From Candidatus Caldarchaeales archaeon (GTDB lineage Archaea > Thermoproteota > Nitrososphaeria_A > Caldarchaeales > Calditenuaceae): 64,000 bases of DNA. Positions 17,767-26,869 of the stretch are shown here, piece after piece. The position numbers were made by a program, and so were the translations under genes. Position 1 is the first letter of the stretch, and each line of letters starts with the position of its first letter. Under the pieces are notes generated by a model. It searched no databases. It was not told the origin of the DNA and was given only the letters and a program-made list of their open reading frames with translations. The DNA lies in contig JBCNVM010000004.1 of assembly GCA_039630085.1 (NCBI GenBank), positions 32,001 to 96,000 on the forward strand. The letters run 5' to 3'.

Positions 17767-18101
17767 GGGGGCGGTGGACCCGGGCGGATCGGCGGCCGCT
17801 GAGGGGACGGACGGAGGGCGGATCGGTCGCGCACGTCACCCCGGCAGCAGACGGGCCGCGCCTTAGTGCTGCTCCCTCCCGGGCCTGACACGGTTCGGCG
17901 CGCGCGGACCCCAGAGGCCCTCCCTACGGAGGGCGTGGTGCCCTACCCGCCTCCACCAGGACGCGCGTTCACCCCTCTCCCTGCCCGCGTCCGGCCCCTC
18001 GCGGTCGCCTCCCCGCACGGTTGCTGGCCCCCGCGTCCAGCCCGTTTCGGGTCCCCTCGGGGAGGGGGAGGGCTAGCCCCCCGGCCCTACCCACCGCCCC
18101 C
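17767..18101 (-). ncRNA. ffs: Archaeal SRP (7S) RNA
   Basis: Helix 8 GTCAGGCCC-GGGA-GGGAGCAGC; helix 6 GCCCTCC-GTAG-GGAGGGC; 5'/3' pairing GGGGGCGGTGG/CCACCGCCCCC; Alu loop-loop complement CTAGCCC/GGGCTGG; AT-rich promoter about 25 nt upstream. Confidence 0.92.
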
Positions 18102-18207
18102 GATCGATTCTCACCTTCATGGAATTTATGAGTTTCATGCATCGCAAGCGTTGCGCGAACCCGCACCGGAGCCGACGTTTATCGCGCGGGCAGGGTCACG
18201 AGGCGCG

Positions 18208-19347
18208 ATGCGAGCCGGCCTGAGGGCTGTCCTCTTCCTGGGACTCCTGAGCCTCTTCGGCGACTTCGTCTACGAGGGCGGGAGGGCCGCCGCGCCGGAT
18301 CTCTTCAGGCAGCTCGGGCTCACCGCGGCAGGCGTCGGGCTGGTTATGGGCGCGGCGGAGCTCGCGGGCTGGATCGCGAGGCCGATCGGTGGAGCGGTCG
18401 TGGACAGGTACGGGAGGTACGACGTCCTGGTCAGGGCGGGCTACGGGATGCTCTTCGTCGTCCCCCTGATGGCGCTCGCGCAGAGCTGGGCCGCGCTCGC
18501 GGCCATCGTCTTCGCGGAGCGGGTCGCCAAGGGCCTGAGGACGCCCGCGAGGGACGCGATGCTCGCGAGGCTGAGGGGAGAGATGGGCTTGGGTTCGGCC
18601 TTCGGCCTCCACGAGTTCCTCGACCAGTTCGGCGCGATAGCGGGTCCGCTGACGGTCGCGGCCGCGGCGGCGATCTACGGCGACCTCAGGACGGCCGTCC
18701 TATACACGCTCCTTCCCTACGCCGCGCTGCTGTTCCTACTTTGGAGGATTCCCGCTGTGAGCGCGGGGGCGGAACGGGATCCGCCTGAACGGGGCTTCCA
18801 GCGCCGGGTGATCGCGTACACCGCGGCCGCGTCGCTAAACGTCGCCGGGCTCCTCCCGGTCTCCGTCGTCCTCTACAAGGTCTCGGCGGTCGCGGAGGGT
18901 GCCGGGTGGATGGTCCCGCTGGCCTACTCGGTCGCGATGATCGCCGACGCGGTCGCCGCGGTCTCGCTGGGGAGGGCCTTGGACCGGTACGGGGTGAGGG
19001 TCGTCTCGCTCACGGTGCTGGCCAGCGCGGTCCCCGCCGCCCTTCTCTCGGACGACCTGAACCTCCTCCTATTCTGCGCGGGTCTGGTCGGGGTCGTGAT
19101 CGGCGCCCACGAGTCGATCTTCAGGGCGGTGGTAGCGGAGCTCGCGGGGCCTGGCCGCCTCGGTGCCGCGTACGGCGTCTTCGGTCTGGGCGTCGGTATC
19201 GGGTACTCGGTCGCGGGCTTTGCCTTCGGGCTGATGGTGGACGCGGGCATCGGTCCGGCCGGGCTCGTCGCCTACTCCCTCGCCGCCCAGCTCCTCTCGG
19301 TCGGGTTACTCCGGACCGCGGTCGCCCCCGCCCGAAAAGGGGGTTGA
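18208..19347 (+). CDS. MFS transporter
   Basis: SLFGDFVYEG, GGAVVDRYGR, ERVAKGLRTPARD, DQFGAIAGP; true start is ATG 18208 because the upstream part of the track ORF is SRP antisense. Confidence 0.88.
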   Translation: MRAGLRAVLFLGLLSLFGDFVYEGGRAAAPDLFRQLGLTAAGVGLVMGAAELAGWIARPIGGAVVDRYGRYDVLVRAGYGMLFVVPLMALAQSWAALAAIVFAERVAKGLRTPARDAMLARLRGEMGLGSAFGLHEFLDQFGAIAGPLTVAAAAAIYGDLRTAVLYTLLPYAALLFLLWRIPAVSAGAERDPPERGFQRRVIAYTAAASLNVAGLLPVSVVLYKVSAVAEGAGWMVPLAYSVAMIADAVAAVSLGRALDRYGVRVVSLTVLASAVPAALLSDDLNLLLFCAGLVGVVIGAHESIFRAVVAELAGPGRLGAAYGVFGLGVGIGYSVAGFAFGLMVDAGIGPAGLVAYSLAAQLLSVGLLRTAVAPARKGG

Positions 19348-19359
19348 CTGGCAAAACCT

Positions 19360-20490
19360 ATGAGCGCCCCCGACCCTTTAACTCCGGTGGCGAAAGTAAG
19401 GGCGGAGGAGGTCCCGGGAGCTCCGGCGAGGCTCTGGACCGAGGGCGTCCCCGGTCGGGTGAAGTGCACCGCCTGCGCGAGGTACTGCCAGATCGGCGAG
19501 GGACAGGTCGGCCTCTGCGGGATAAGGGGCGTGGTGGGAGGGAAGCTCTACCTCTTCGTCTACGGGAGGATCATCGCGAGCCACGTCGACCCGATCGAGA
19601 AGAAGCCCGTGACGCACTACATGCCCGGGACCAAGATCTTCAGCATCGCCACGACGGGGTGCAACTGGCTCTGCGCCTACTGCCAGAACTTCGACATCAG
19701 CCAGCGGAGGAAGGTCGAGGGTATCGAGGTCACGCCCGAGGAGGTCGTGGAGGAAGCGGTGAGGTACGGGTCCCACGGAATAGCCTACACCTACAACGAG
19801 CCGACGATCTTCATGGAGTTCGCCCGCGACGTCGGCGTGATCGCTAGGCGTAGGGGGCTGATCAACGTCTTCGTCACGAACGGGTACTGGACTCCCGAGT
19901 CGGTGAGCATGGCCGCCGAGTTCCTCGACGCCGCGACCGTCGACTTCAAGGGGAACGGCGAGGTGAGCTTCCTCAGGAAGTACGTGGGGATACCGAGCCC
20001 TGAGCCGATCTTCCAGACCCTCCTCGAGATCAAGGAGAGGACAAGGATACACGTCGAGATCACGGACCTCGTCGTGCCCGAGATCGGCGACGACCTGAAC
20101 GCGGCAAGGAGGCTGGTCAGGTGGGTCCACGACAACCTCGGCCCCGACACGCCGATCCACTTCCTGAGGTTCCACCCAGACTACAAGTTGATGCACCTGC
20201 CGTGGACGCCGGTCGAGACGCTCGAGAGGCACTACAGGGTCGCGAGGGAGGAGGGGATGAACTACGTTTACATCGGGAACGTCCCCGGCCACCCCTACGA
20301 GAGCACCTACTGCCCCGGGTGCGGCGAGATGGTGGTGGAGAGGTACGGCTTCGACATCGTCGACTGGAGGCTGACCAGGGACAACAGGTGCCCGAGCTGC
20401 GGTTACAACGTCGCGATCGTCGGCTCGCCTCCCAAGGACTACGGCAGGACTAAGAGGTTCGTTCCGGTCTTCTGGAGCAAGGGCGCCTGA
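19360..20490 (+). CDS. amrS: AmmeMemoRadiSam-system radical SAM enzyme (PflA-like)
   Basis: [27 protein letters not shown] (CxxxCxxC), TYNEP, FHPDYK, YIGNV, C-terminal CxxC pairs. Confidence 0.9.
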   Translation: MSAPDPLTPVAKVRAEEVPGAPARLWTEGVPGRVKCTACARYCQIGEGQVGLCGIRGVVGGKLYLFVYGRIIASHVDPIEKKPVTHYMPGTKIFSIATTGCNWLCAYCQNFDISQRRKVEGIEVTPEEVVEEAVRYGSHGIAYTYNEPTIFMEFARDVGVIARRRGLINVFVTNGYWTPESVSMAAEFLDAATVDFKGNGEVSFLRKYVGIPSPEPIFQTLLEIKERTRIHVEITDLVVPEIGDDLNAARRLVRWVHDNLGPDTPIHFLRFHPDYKLMHLPWTPVETLERHYRVAREEGMNYVYIGNVPGHPYESTYCPGCGEMVVERYGFDIVDWRLTRDNRCPSCGYNVAIVGSPPKDYGRTKRFVPVFWSKGA

Positions 20491-20491
20491 G

Positions 20492-22210
20492 TCAGTAGAC
20501 CCTCTCCGTGGGCTTGTACTTCGTGATCACGACGGGCTTGTACTCGATCTCGAACCCGTCAGCGGTCCACCTCAGGAGGATGTGCCTGAGCCAGGCCTCG
20601 TCGTCCCTCTTCGGGAAGTCCAGCCTGTAGTGGGCTCCCCTGCTCTCGGTCCTGTGGAGGGCCGAGACCGCGATCGCGTGACTAGCCTCGAGCATCGCGT
20701 CGACCTCCATCACGTGGACGAGGTTCGTGTTGTAGGCCCTGCTCTTGTCGACGACGCCCAGCTTGAACTCCGACCTTATCCTCCTCATCCCCCTGAGCCC
20801 CTCCTCCATCGAGGTTCCCTCCCTGAAGACGTGGAAGTGCTTCTCCATCGTCGTCTGGAGCTCGGACTTCAGGTCGTACGGGTCGACCCTCGGCGCTGGC
20901 CCCAAGAGCACGTCGAAGACCCTCCTCTCCTCGGCCTCGATCGCCTCTCTCGGCGCGTTTGGCTCCTTCCTTCTCAACGCGAAATTCGCCGCCTCCCTCC
21001 CGGTGATCTTCCCCCAGACGAGGCACTCGGTCGTCGAGTTGGACCCGAGCCTGTTGGCGCCGTTCATCGTCACGCACGCGGCCTCGCCCGCGGCCCACAG
21101 GCCCGGAAGCGAAGTGGCGCCGTTGATGTCGACGTCGATCCCTCCCATGTAGTAGTGAGCGACCGGCCTGACCGGGATGGGCTCGTGGAGCGGGTCTATC
21201 CCCCTTAGCTTCAGGCAGATCTCCCTGATGCTGGTGAGCCTCTTCAGGAGCTTCTCGGGCTCGATGACGGTCAGGTCCAAGTTGACGTACTCGTACCCGC
21301 TCTCCTCGTCCTTGAGGCCCCTGCCCTCCTTGATCTCGGTCATGATCGACCTCGAGACGATGTCCCTCGGGGCCAGGTCCTTCGCCTTCGGCGCGTACCT
21401 CTCCATGAACCTCTCGCCCTTCGAGTTCCTGAGGACTCCTCCCTCGCCCCTCGAGGCCTCGGTGATCAGGATCCCGCTGGGCACGAGCCCCGTCGGGTGG
21501 AACTGGACGAACTCCATGTCCTTCAGGGGCACGCCGGCCCTGTACGCCATCACTATCCCGTCAGGGGTCGAGCTGTGCCCGAAGCTCGCGAACGGGTAGA
21601 GCCTCCCAGCGCCGCCCGTCGCGATGATCCCGGCCTTCGCCCTGAAGTAGGCGACGTTGCCCCTCTTGATGTCAAGCGCCACGAACCCCGCGAAGGCGCC
21701 GTCGTCCTTGACGACCGCGAACGCGAACCACTCGTCGTAGAAGGCGACGTTGTCGTATTTCAGGCAGGTGCTGTAGAGCGTGCTCATCTCGAAGAACCCG
21801 ACCCTGTCCTCCGCGAAGCAGGCCCTGGGGTAGCTCTGACCGCCGAAGAACCTCTGGGCGATCCTGCCGTCCTCCCTCCTCGCCCACGGCATGCCCCAGT
21901 GCTCGAGCTGGACGATCTCCTTCGGCGCCTCCCTGACGAAGAGCTCGACCGCGTCTTGGTCCGCCAGGAAGTCGCTGCCCTTCACCGTGTCCCACTCGTG
22001 AGACTCGAGGGAGTCGCCCTCCTCCGGGTAGAGGACCGCGGCCGTCCCTCCCTCCGCGGAGACGCTGTGGGACCTCATCGGCTGCGTCTTCGTGACCACG
22101 GAGACCCTGAGCCGCTCGCCGCCCGTCCTCGCGGCCTCGATGGCCGCCCTGAGGCCGGCGAGTCCCGACCCGACTATGACGACGTCCGAGTCTATGACCT
22201 CCAGACCCAA
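20492..22210 (-). CDS. sdhA: Succinate dehydrogenase / fumarate reductase flavoprotein subunit
   Basis: GSGLAG, RSHSVSAEGG (covalent FAD His), EFVQFHPTG, TEASRGEGG, HYYMGG, GANRLGSNS, ESRGAHYR. Confidence 0.95.
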   Translation of the reverse strand: MGLEVIDSDVVIVGSGLAGLRAAIEAARTGGERLRVSVVTKTQPMRSHSVSAEGGTAAVLYPEEGDSLESHEWDTVKGSDFLADQDAVELFVREAPKEIVQLEHWGMPWARREDGRIAQRFFGGQSYPRACFAEDRVGFFEMSTLYSTCLKYDNVAFYDEWFAFAVVKDDGAFAGFVALDIKRGNVAYFRAKAGIIATGGAGRLYPFASFGHSSTPDGIVMAYRAGVPLKDMEFVQFHPTGLVPSGILITEASRGEGGVLRNSKGERFMERYAPKAKDLAPRDIVSRSIMTEIKEGRGLKDEESGYEYVNLDLTVIEPEKLLKRLTSIREICLKLRGIDPLHEPIPVRPVAHYYMGGIDVDINGATSLPGLWAAGEAACVTMNGANRLGSNSTTECLVWGKITGREAANFALRRKEPNAPREAIEAEERRVFDVLLGPAPRVDPYDLKSELQTTMEKHFHVFREGTSMEEGLRGMRRIRSEFKLGVVDKSRAYNTNLVHVMEVDAMLEASHAIAVSALHRTESRGAHYRLDFPKRDDEAWLRHILLRWTADGFEIEYKPVVITKYKPTERVY

Positions 22211-22352
22211 TTCGGTCTAAGAGAACCGGGGCAGCTCATAACGATGACCGCGATCGCCTGCCTCGGATTACCCGTCGCTCCCCGTTCAGTCAGCCCGGAA
22301 CGTCCCTGGGAGGGAGGGCAACGGTCATATAAGATGGGGGAGGTGATCCGCT

Positions 22353-22727
22353 GTGGCCGTTAAGGTGACGCTGGTCGGGGTTCTGCCGACGGTCTTCTCC
22401 ACCAGCTGCAAGGCTGTCTGCGACCCGACCGGGCTGGCGGGAGTCCGCACGACCGCCCATCAGCTCTCCGAGTACCCAGAGGAGGTGAGGAGGAACACCG
22501 AGGTCGTCCTGAGCGCGGCCCGTTCCCTCCTCCGTTACTGGCCCGACGTGGTCGTCGAGGTCGTCAACGCGATGAGCCTGAAGGGGCTCGCCCTTTCGGC
22601 CATTCACAGGGGAGCAAGGGGCGTCTTCGCGGTCCTGAAGGGGAAACGTTACTCCCTGCCGTCTGAGCTCCAGCAGCTCCTCGAGGACGTCGAGAGGGCC
22701 ATAAGTCACTTAACATATAATTCATAA
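22353..22727 (+). CDS. Hypothetical protein (CxxxC near N-terminus)
   Basis: SD GGAGGTGAT and CATATAA upstream; genome-typical codon usage. Confidence 0.6.
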   Translation: MAVKVTLVGVLPTVFSTSCKAVCDPTGLAGVRTTAHQLSEYPEEVRRNTEVVLSAARSLLRYWPDVVVEVVNAMSLKGLALSAIHRGARGVFAVLKGKRYSLPSELQQLLEDVERAISHLTYNS

Positions 22728-22752
22728 CATCCCGGCGCGTGGACCGTGGCCG

Positions 22753-23313
22753 ATGGAGAGGGCGACTAGGACGGTGGCGGTCTGGGTCGTGCTCTCGGCG
22801 ATGGGGATAGCGCTGGCGCCGGTGCTCTGGTTCCCGTTCCTGGGGACGAGGGCCTACCCGGGCCAGCACATGGTGAACGTCCTCGCGGGCGTGATGCTCG
22901 GGCCCCTCAGCTCCCTCGTCGTGCCGTTCGTCGTCGGGACAGTGAGGATAGCCCTCGGGTTGGGCACGATCTTCGCGTATCCCGGAGGGCTACCGGGCGC
23001 CCTGATGGTGGGCCTTCTCCACCGGTACGTCACCTCGAGGCTCGGAAGGCCAGAGCTCAGGTTCCTGTCGGCGCTGGCGGAGCCCGTCGGGACGGTGCTG
23101 ATCGGCGGGACAGTCTCGCTGCTCGTGATAGGGCCCCTGATAGGCTCAGAGCCGATGCTGAACCTCTTGAGGGGCCGCGGCCCGATCGGGGCTCTCCTCG
23201 TCTTCTGGTCCGGGTGGGCCGTCAGCTCGGTCCCCGGCGCCCTACTGGGGTACGTGCTATGCCTCGCGCTGAGCAGGGCACTTCCGGAGAGGTTCTTCGA
23301 GCCGAGGGCCTGA
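22753..23313 (+). CDS. thiW: ECF transporter S component, ThiW family
   Basis: AYPGQHMVNVLAGVMLGP, RIALGLGTIFAYPG, EPVGT; about 5-6 TM segments. Confidence 0.85.
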   Translation: MERATRTVAVWVVLSAMGIALAPVLWFPFLGTRAYPGQHMVNVLAGVMLGPLSSLVVPFVVGTVRIALGLGTIFAYPGGLPGALMVGLLHRYVTSRLGRPELRFLSALAEPVGTVLIGGTVSLLVIGPLIGSEPMLNLLRGRGPIGALLVFWSGWAVSSVPGALLGYVLCLALSRALPERFFEPRA

Positions 23314-23855
23314 GCCTGAGGTCGGTCCTCGGCAGGAGGGTGCTGATCGTGGGAGAGGCAGGGTCAGGGAAGTCCAGGCTGCTCGCGAGGCTGGTCGTCG
23401 AGGCCTTGGCTTCAGGCATGGGGACGCAGGTCACGGTGATCGACATGGCGCCGGAGAGGACGGGCGGCTTCGGCGGCAAGCTCAGGGAGATCGACCCGCA
23501 GGTCCTCAGAGCAAGGTACCTCACCCCGGAGGGGATTGTGGGCCCGAGGCTCACGGGGCGTGACGCGGAAGAGGTCCTCTCCTTTGCGAGGAGGAACGCG
23601 GAGCTGATAGAGCCCCTGCTCCTCGAGTATCTCTCCTCCCCCACGTCGCTCCTCTTCGTCAACGACGTCACCGTCTACCTTCACGCCGGAGATCCTGAAG
23701 TCCTGACGAGGGCAGTCGAGGCCTCCCGGACCTTCGTGGGCACGGCCTACGAGGGCGCGAGGCTCTCCGACGACAAGGGCTCCGGGTTGACCGCGGTGGA
23801 ACGGGAGAGGCTGAGGGCGCTGAAGGCTAGGGTCGATGAGGTTTTCCGGCTCTAA
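23310..23855 (+). CDS. Small P-loop NTPase (start uncertain)
   Basis: Walker A LIVGEAGSGKS, VIDMAP, Walker-B-like LFVND; abuts or overlaps the thiW stop. Confidence 0.7.
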   Translation: MSLRSVLGRRVLIVGEAGSGKSRLLARLVVEALASGMGTQVTVIDMAPERTGGFGGKLREIDPQVLRARYLTPEGIVGPRLTGRDAEEVLSFARRNAELIEPLLLEYLSSPTSLLFVNDVTVYLHAGDPEVLTRAVEASRTFVGTAYEGARLSDDKGSGLTAVERERLRALKARVDEVFRL

Positions 23856-23901
23856 CCCTCCGGTCGAGCACCTTTATCCCTAGGCTCCGCAGGTCATCGC
23901 C

Positions 23902-24327
23902 GTGGAGCTCCGCGGCCGCGCCGCCTACGAGATGCTGCTCGAGAGGGTGAGGGTCCAACTCAAGGCCAAGTCCTCGGCCTCCGGCGAGAGGGAGATCGCG
24001 CTTCGACCCTCGCTCTACCACGACGAGCGCCGGACCATCGTCCTCAACTTCAGGCAGCTCGCCGACTCGCTCAACAGGGAGCCGGAGCACGTCGCGAGAT
24101 TCGTCTTTAAGGAGAGCGGGAAGCCGGGGACACTCGAGGGCGACAGGCTCATCCTGAACGGCAAGATCGGCGACCCCGAGTTCGCGAAGCTGCTCCAGCT
24201 CTACTTCAGGGAGTTCGTGAAGTGTCAGGTCTGCGGCGGCATCGACACCCAGATCCAGAGGGAGAAGAAGTTCAGGTACCTCGTGTGCGAGGCCTGCGGC
24301 GCCAAGACCCCCGTCCGGAAGGTCTGA
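23902..24327 (+). CDS. eif2b: Translation initiation factor aIF-2 beta
   Basis: YEMLLER, TIVLNF, LNREPEH, Zn ribbon CQVCGGIDT...CEACGA. Confidence 0.92.
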   Translation: MELRGRAAYEMLLERVRVQLKAKSSASGEREIALRPSLYHDERRTIVLNFRQLADSLNREPEHVARFVFKESGKPGTLEGDRLILNGKIGDPEFAKLLQLYFREFVKCQVCGGIDTQIQREKKFRYLVCEACGAKTPVRKV

Positions 24328-24373
24328 GGTCCAGTCCGAAGGTTTATCAGCGGTCCCTTCCTCCGCGTCCTCG

Positions 24374-25846
24374 ATGGCGAAGACGGTCTTCTCGAGGATT
24401 TGGGACGACCACGTGCTCGCGGAGCGCGAGGACGGGACATCGCTCGTCTACATCGACAGGCACTTCACCCACGAGGTCACATCGCCGGTCGCATTCGAGA
24501 ACCTGAGGGGCGCCGGGAGGAGGGTCAGGAGGCCTGACCTGACCTTCGCGGTCATGGACCACAACGTGCCGACGTACGACAGGACGCTCCCCGTCACCGA
24601 CGAGATGTCTGCGGCCCAAATGGAGGCCCTGAAGAGGAACGCGAGGGATTTCGGGGTCACGCTCTTCGACTACTTCAGCCCGTTCCAGGGAATCGTCCAC
24701 GTGGTGATGCCGGAGCTCGGGCTGACGCTGCCAGGCCTCACGATCGCGTGCGGGGACTCCCACACCAGCACCCACGGCGCCTTCGGTGCCGTCGCCTTCG
24801 GGATCGGGACCAGCGAGGGCGAGCACGTCTTCGCGACTCAGACCCTCTGGATCAGGAGGCCGAAGGAGATGCTCGTGAAGGTGAGGGGCGAGCTGGAGGA
24901 GGGCGTCACCGCGAAGGACGTAATCCTCAAGCTGATTGGCGAGATCGGGACCGGCGGCGGGATAGGACACGTGATGGAGTTCGCCGGCGAGACGGTCGAG
25001 CGGATGAGCATCGACGACCGGATGACCCTCTGCAACATGTCGATCGAGGGTGGCGCGAGGACCGCGATAATCGCTCCCGACGATAAGGTCTTCAGGTTCG
25101 TGGAGGGGAGGCCCTTCGCCCCGAAGGGTGAGGACCTCGAGGAGGCCCTGAGGTTCTGGAGGACCCTCAAGTCGGACCCCACCGCCCGTTACGACAAGGC
25201 GGTCGAGCTGGACGTCGACGGGCTCGAGCCTCAGGTGACCTGGGGCACGAACCCGGCCCAGGTCGTGGAGGTCACAGGGGAGGTCCCGTCTCCGGAGGAG
25301 TTCGAGGACCCCGGCAAGCGGGCTGCTGCCGAGAGGGCGCTGAAGTACATGGGCCTAAAGCCGGGCCAGAGGATTGAGGAGATCCCTGTCGACGTCGTCT
25401 TCATCGGGTCCTGCACCAACGCGAGGCTCTCGGACCTCGTTCAGGTCGCGAGGTTGACCAAGGGGAGGAGGGTCGCCGGCGGCGTGAAGGCAGTCGTGGT
25501 CCCGGGGTCGATGCTGACCAAGCGCTGGGCGGAGAGGTTAGGGATCCACAGGGTCCTCATCGAGGCTGGATTCGAGTGGAGGAACTCGGGCTGCAGCTAC
25601 TGCATCGCGATGGCGCCCGGCGATTACGTCGAGCCCGGGAAGAGGTGCGCCTCGACCTCCAACAGGAACTTCGAGAACCGCCAGGGACCCGGATCGAGGA
25701 CGCACCTCGTCAGCCCGCTCGCAGCTGCAGCTGCCGCGATCGAGGGCAGGTTCGCGGACCCGAGGGACTACGATCTGGCTCCGGTCGAGGAGGTCGTCAG
25801 CGACTTAGAACTCTACGGATGGCTGAGGGAGAGGTATCAGTTCTGA
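24374..25846 (+). CDS. leuC: 3-isopropylmalate dehydratase large subunit
   Basis: HEVTSP, DHNVP, CGDSHTSTHGAFG, GSCTNAR, GCSYC, STSNRNF. Confidence 0.95.
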   Translation: MAKTVFSRIWDDHVLAEREDGTSLVYIDRHFTHEVTSPVAFENLRGAGRRVRRPDLTFAVMDHNVPTYDRTLPVTDEMSAAQMEALKRNARDFGVTLFDYFSPFQGIVHVVMPELGLTLPGLTIACGDSHTSTHGAFGAVAFGIGTSEGEHVFATQTLWIRRPKEMLVKVRGELEEGVTAKDVILKLIGEIGTGGGIGHVMEFAGETVERMSIDDRMTLCNMSIEGGARTAIIAPDDKVFRFVEGRPFAPKGEDLEEALRFWRTLKSDPTARYDKAVELDVDGLEPQVTWGTNPAQVVEVTGEVPSPEEFEDPGKRAAAERALKYMGLKPGQRIEEIPVDVVFIGSCTNARLSDLVQVARLTKGRRVAGGVKAVVVPGSMLTKRWAERLGIHRVLIEAGFEWRNSGCSYCIAMAPGDYVEPGKRCASTSNRNFENRQGPGSRTHLVSPLAAAAAAIEGRFADPRDYDLAPVEEVVSDLELYGWLRERYQF

Positions 25847-25861
25847 TCGCGGCAGGGGTCC

Positions 25862-25910
25862 CTCAGCGGGCCTCAGCGGGCAGCACCTTCAGCGGTTCGT
25901 CATCGCCCAG
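25862..25910 (-). ncRNA. Weak candidate box C/D-like sRNA or repeat element
   Basis: GCGATGA followed by three CCGCTGA units in the intergenic region; box spacing is atypical. Confidence 0.25.
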
Positions 25911-25926
25911 CCGACCTCGGGGGCCG

Positions 25927-26712
25927 TCAGACCTTCACCCTCCTCACCTCGAAGACGCATGCGACGCCACCGGCGTTGACGCACTCGACCTCTTCAACCT
26001 CGCACTCCTCACCCTCTGCACCCCTGAAGAGCGCCTCGAGAACCCCCGCGAAGAAGTGGCCGGTCCTCACACCGGGCCTGAGGTCCGAGACGCTGACGCA
26101 GTCGGCCAGCTCCCTCGCGACCACCCTCATCGCGCCGCCCTCCGTGGAGACGACCATGATCTCCCTCGCGAGCCCGAGGACGCTCGAGACCTCGTTCATC
26201 ACGCGGACCAAGTCGACCGGTTCCCCGACCAAGGCCCCGAGCGCCCTCGCGAACCCGCCGACCCTTCTGCCCGCGTGGCGCAGGATCGCGAAGGCCGATC
26301 CGCCCAGCGCCTCGTAGAGAGTGTGATAGAGCCCTCTGAAGAGCGCCTGGGGCATGACGAAGAGCCTCTCTCCGAGGAAGGTCGGGAACCCTCCCTTGAC
26401 GCAGGTCGCGAGGCCCCTGACCTCGGACTCGTAGACCGTCATCGCGGCCACCTCCCCGACCCTTCCCATCTCCGCGACGAGTTCGCTCAGGTCACCCTTC
26501 ACGTCTGTCACGTCAGCGACCAAGTTGAGGCCTATCGACCTCTCGGGGTAGGGGGTGACCCAACTCATCAACCCGAGCACCTTGACGTTCCTGACCGCGA
26601 GGAGCCCCAGGACTCCCGCTAGCCCGCTGGATCCGCCCTCGACGACCGCTGAGATCGTCACGAGCCTCCTCTCGGGGTGATAGAAGATCAGCGGGACCTC
26701 GAAGGACATCAC
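25927..26712 (-). CDS. ACT + V4R domain ligand-sensing protein
   Basis: N-terminal ACT-like GLAGVLGLLAVRNVKV; C-terminal V4R HFFAGVLEALF...VEEVECVNAGGVACVFEV. Confidence 0.8.
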   Translation of the reverse strand: MMSFEVPLIFYHPERRLVTISAVVEGGSSGLAGVLGLLAVRNVKVLGLMSWVTPYPERSIGLNLVADVTDVKGDLSELVAEMGRVGEVAAMTVYESEVRGLATCVKGGFPTFLGERLFVMPQALFRGLYHTLYEALGGSAFAILRHAGRRVGGFARALGALVGEPVDLVRVMNEVSSVLGLAREIMVVSTEGGAMRVVARELADCVSVSDLRPGVRTGHFFAGVLEALFRGAEGEECEVEEVECVNAGGVACVFEVRRVKV

Positions 26713-26869
26713 CGAACGACGTAGAGGAGAGGGAAAAAGGGTTCGCGCTCCTCGCCCTGTAACTCGAGAATCCGTGCGTATTACTCGGGTATGACCGGCG
26801 GATAGCTGGAGCCTGGGGCGGGTTGTCGCGCATTTTACCGGGTCGCATCGCGGAGCGGGGGGCTGACGG

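Noticed and set aside
17866-18207. 114-aa Pro-rich N-terminal extension on the MFS ORF
   Set aside because: It is mostly the antisense of the SRP RNA and its promoter; the MFS starts at ATG 18208
22235-22335. ACGATGA C-box-like element between sdhA and the next ORF
   Set aside because: Overlaps the likely sdhA TATA box; no convincing D boxes or terminal stem
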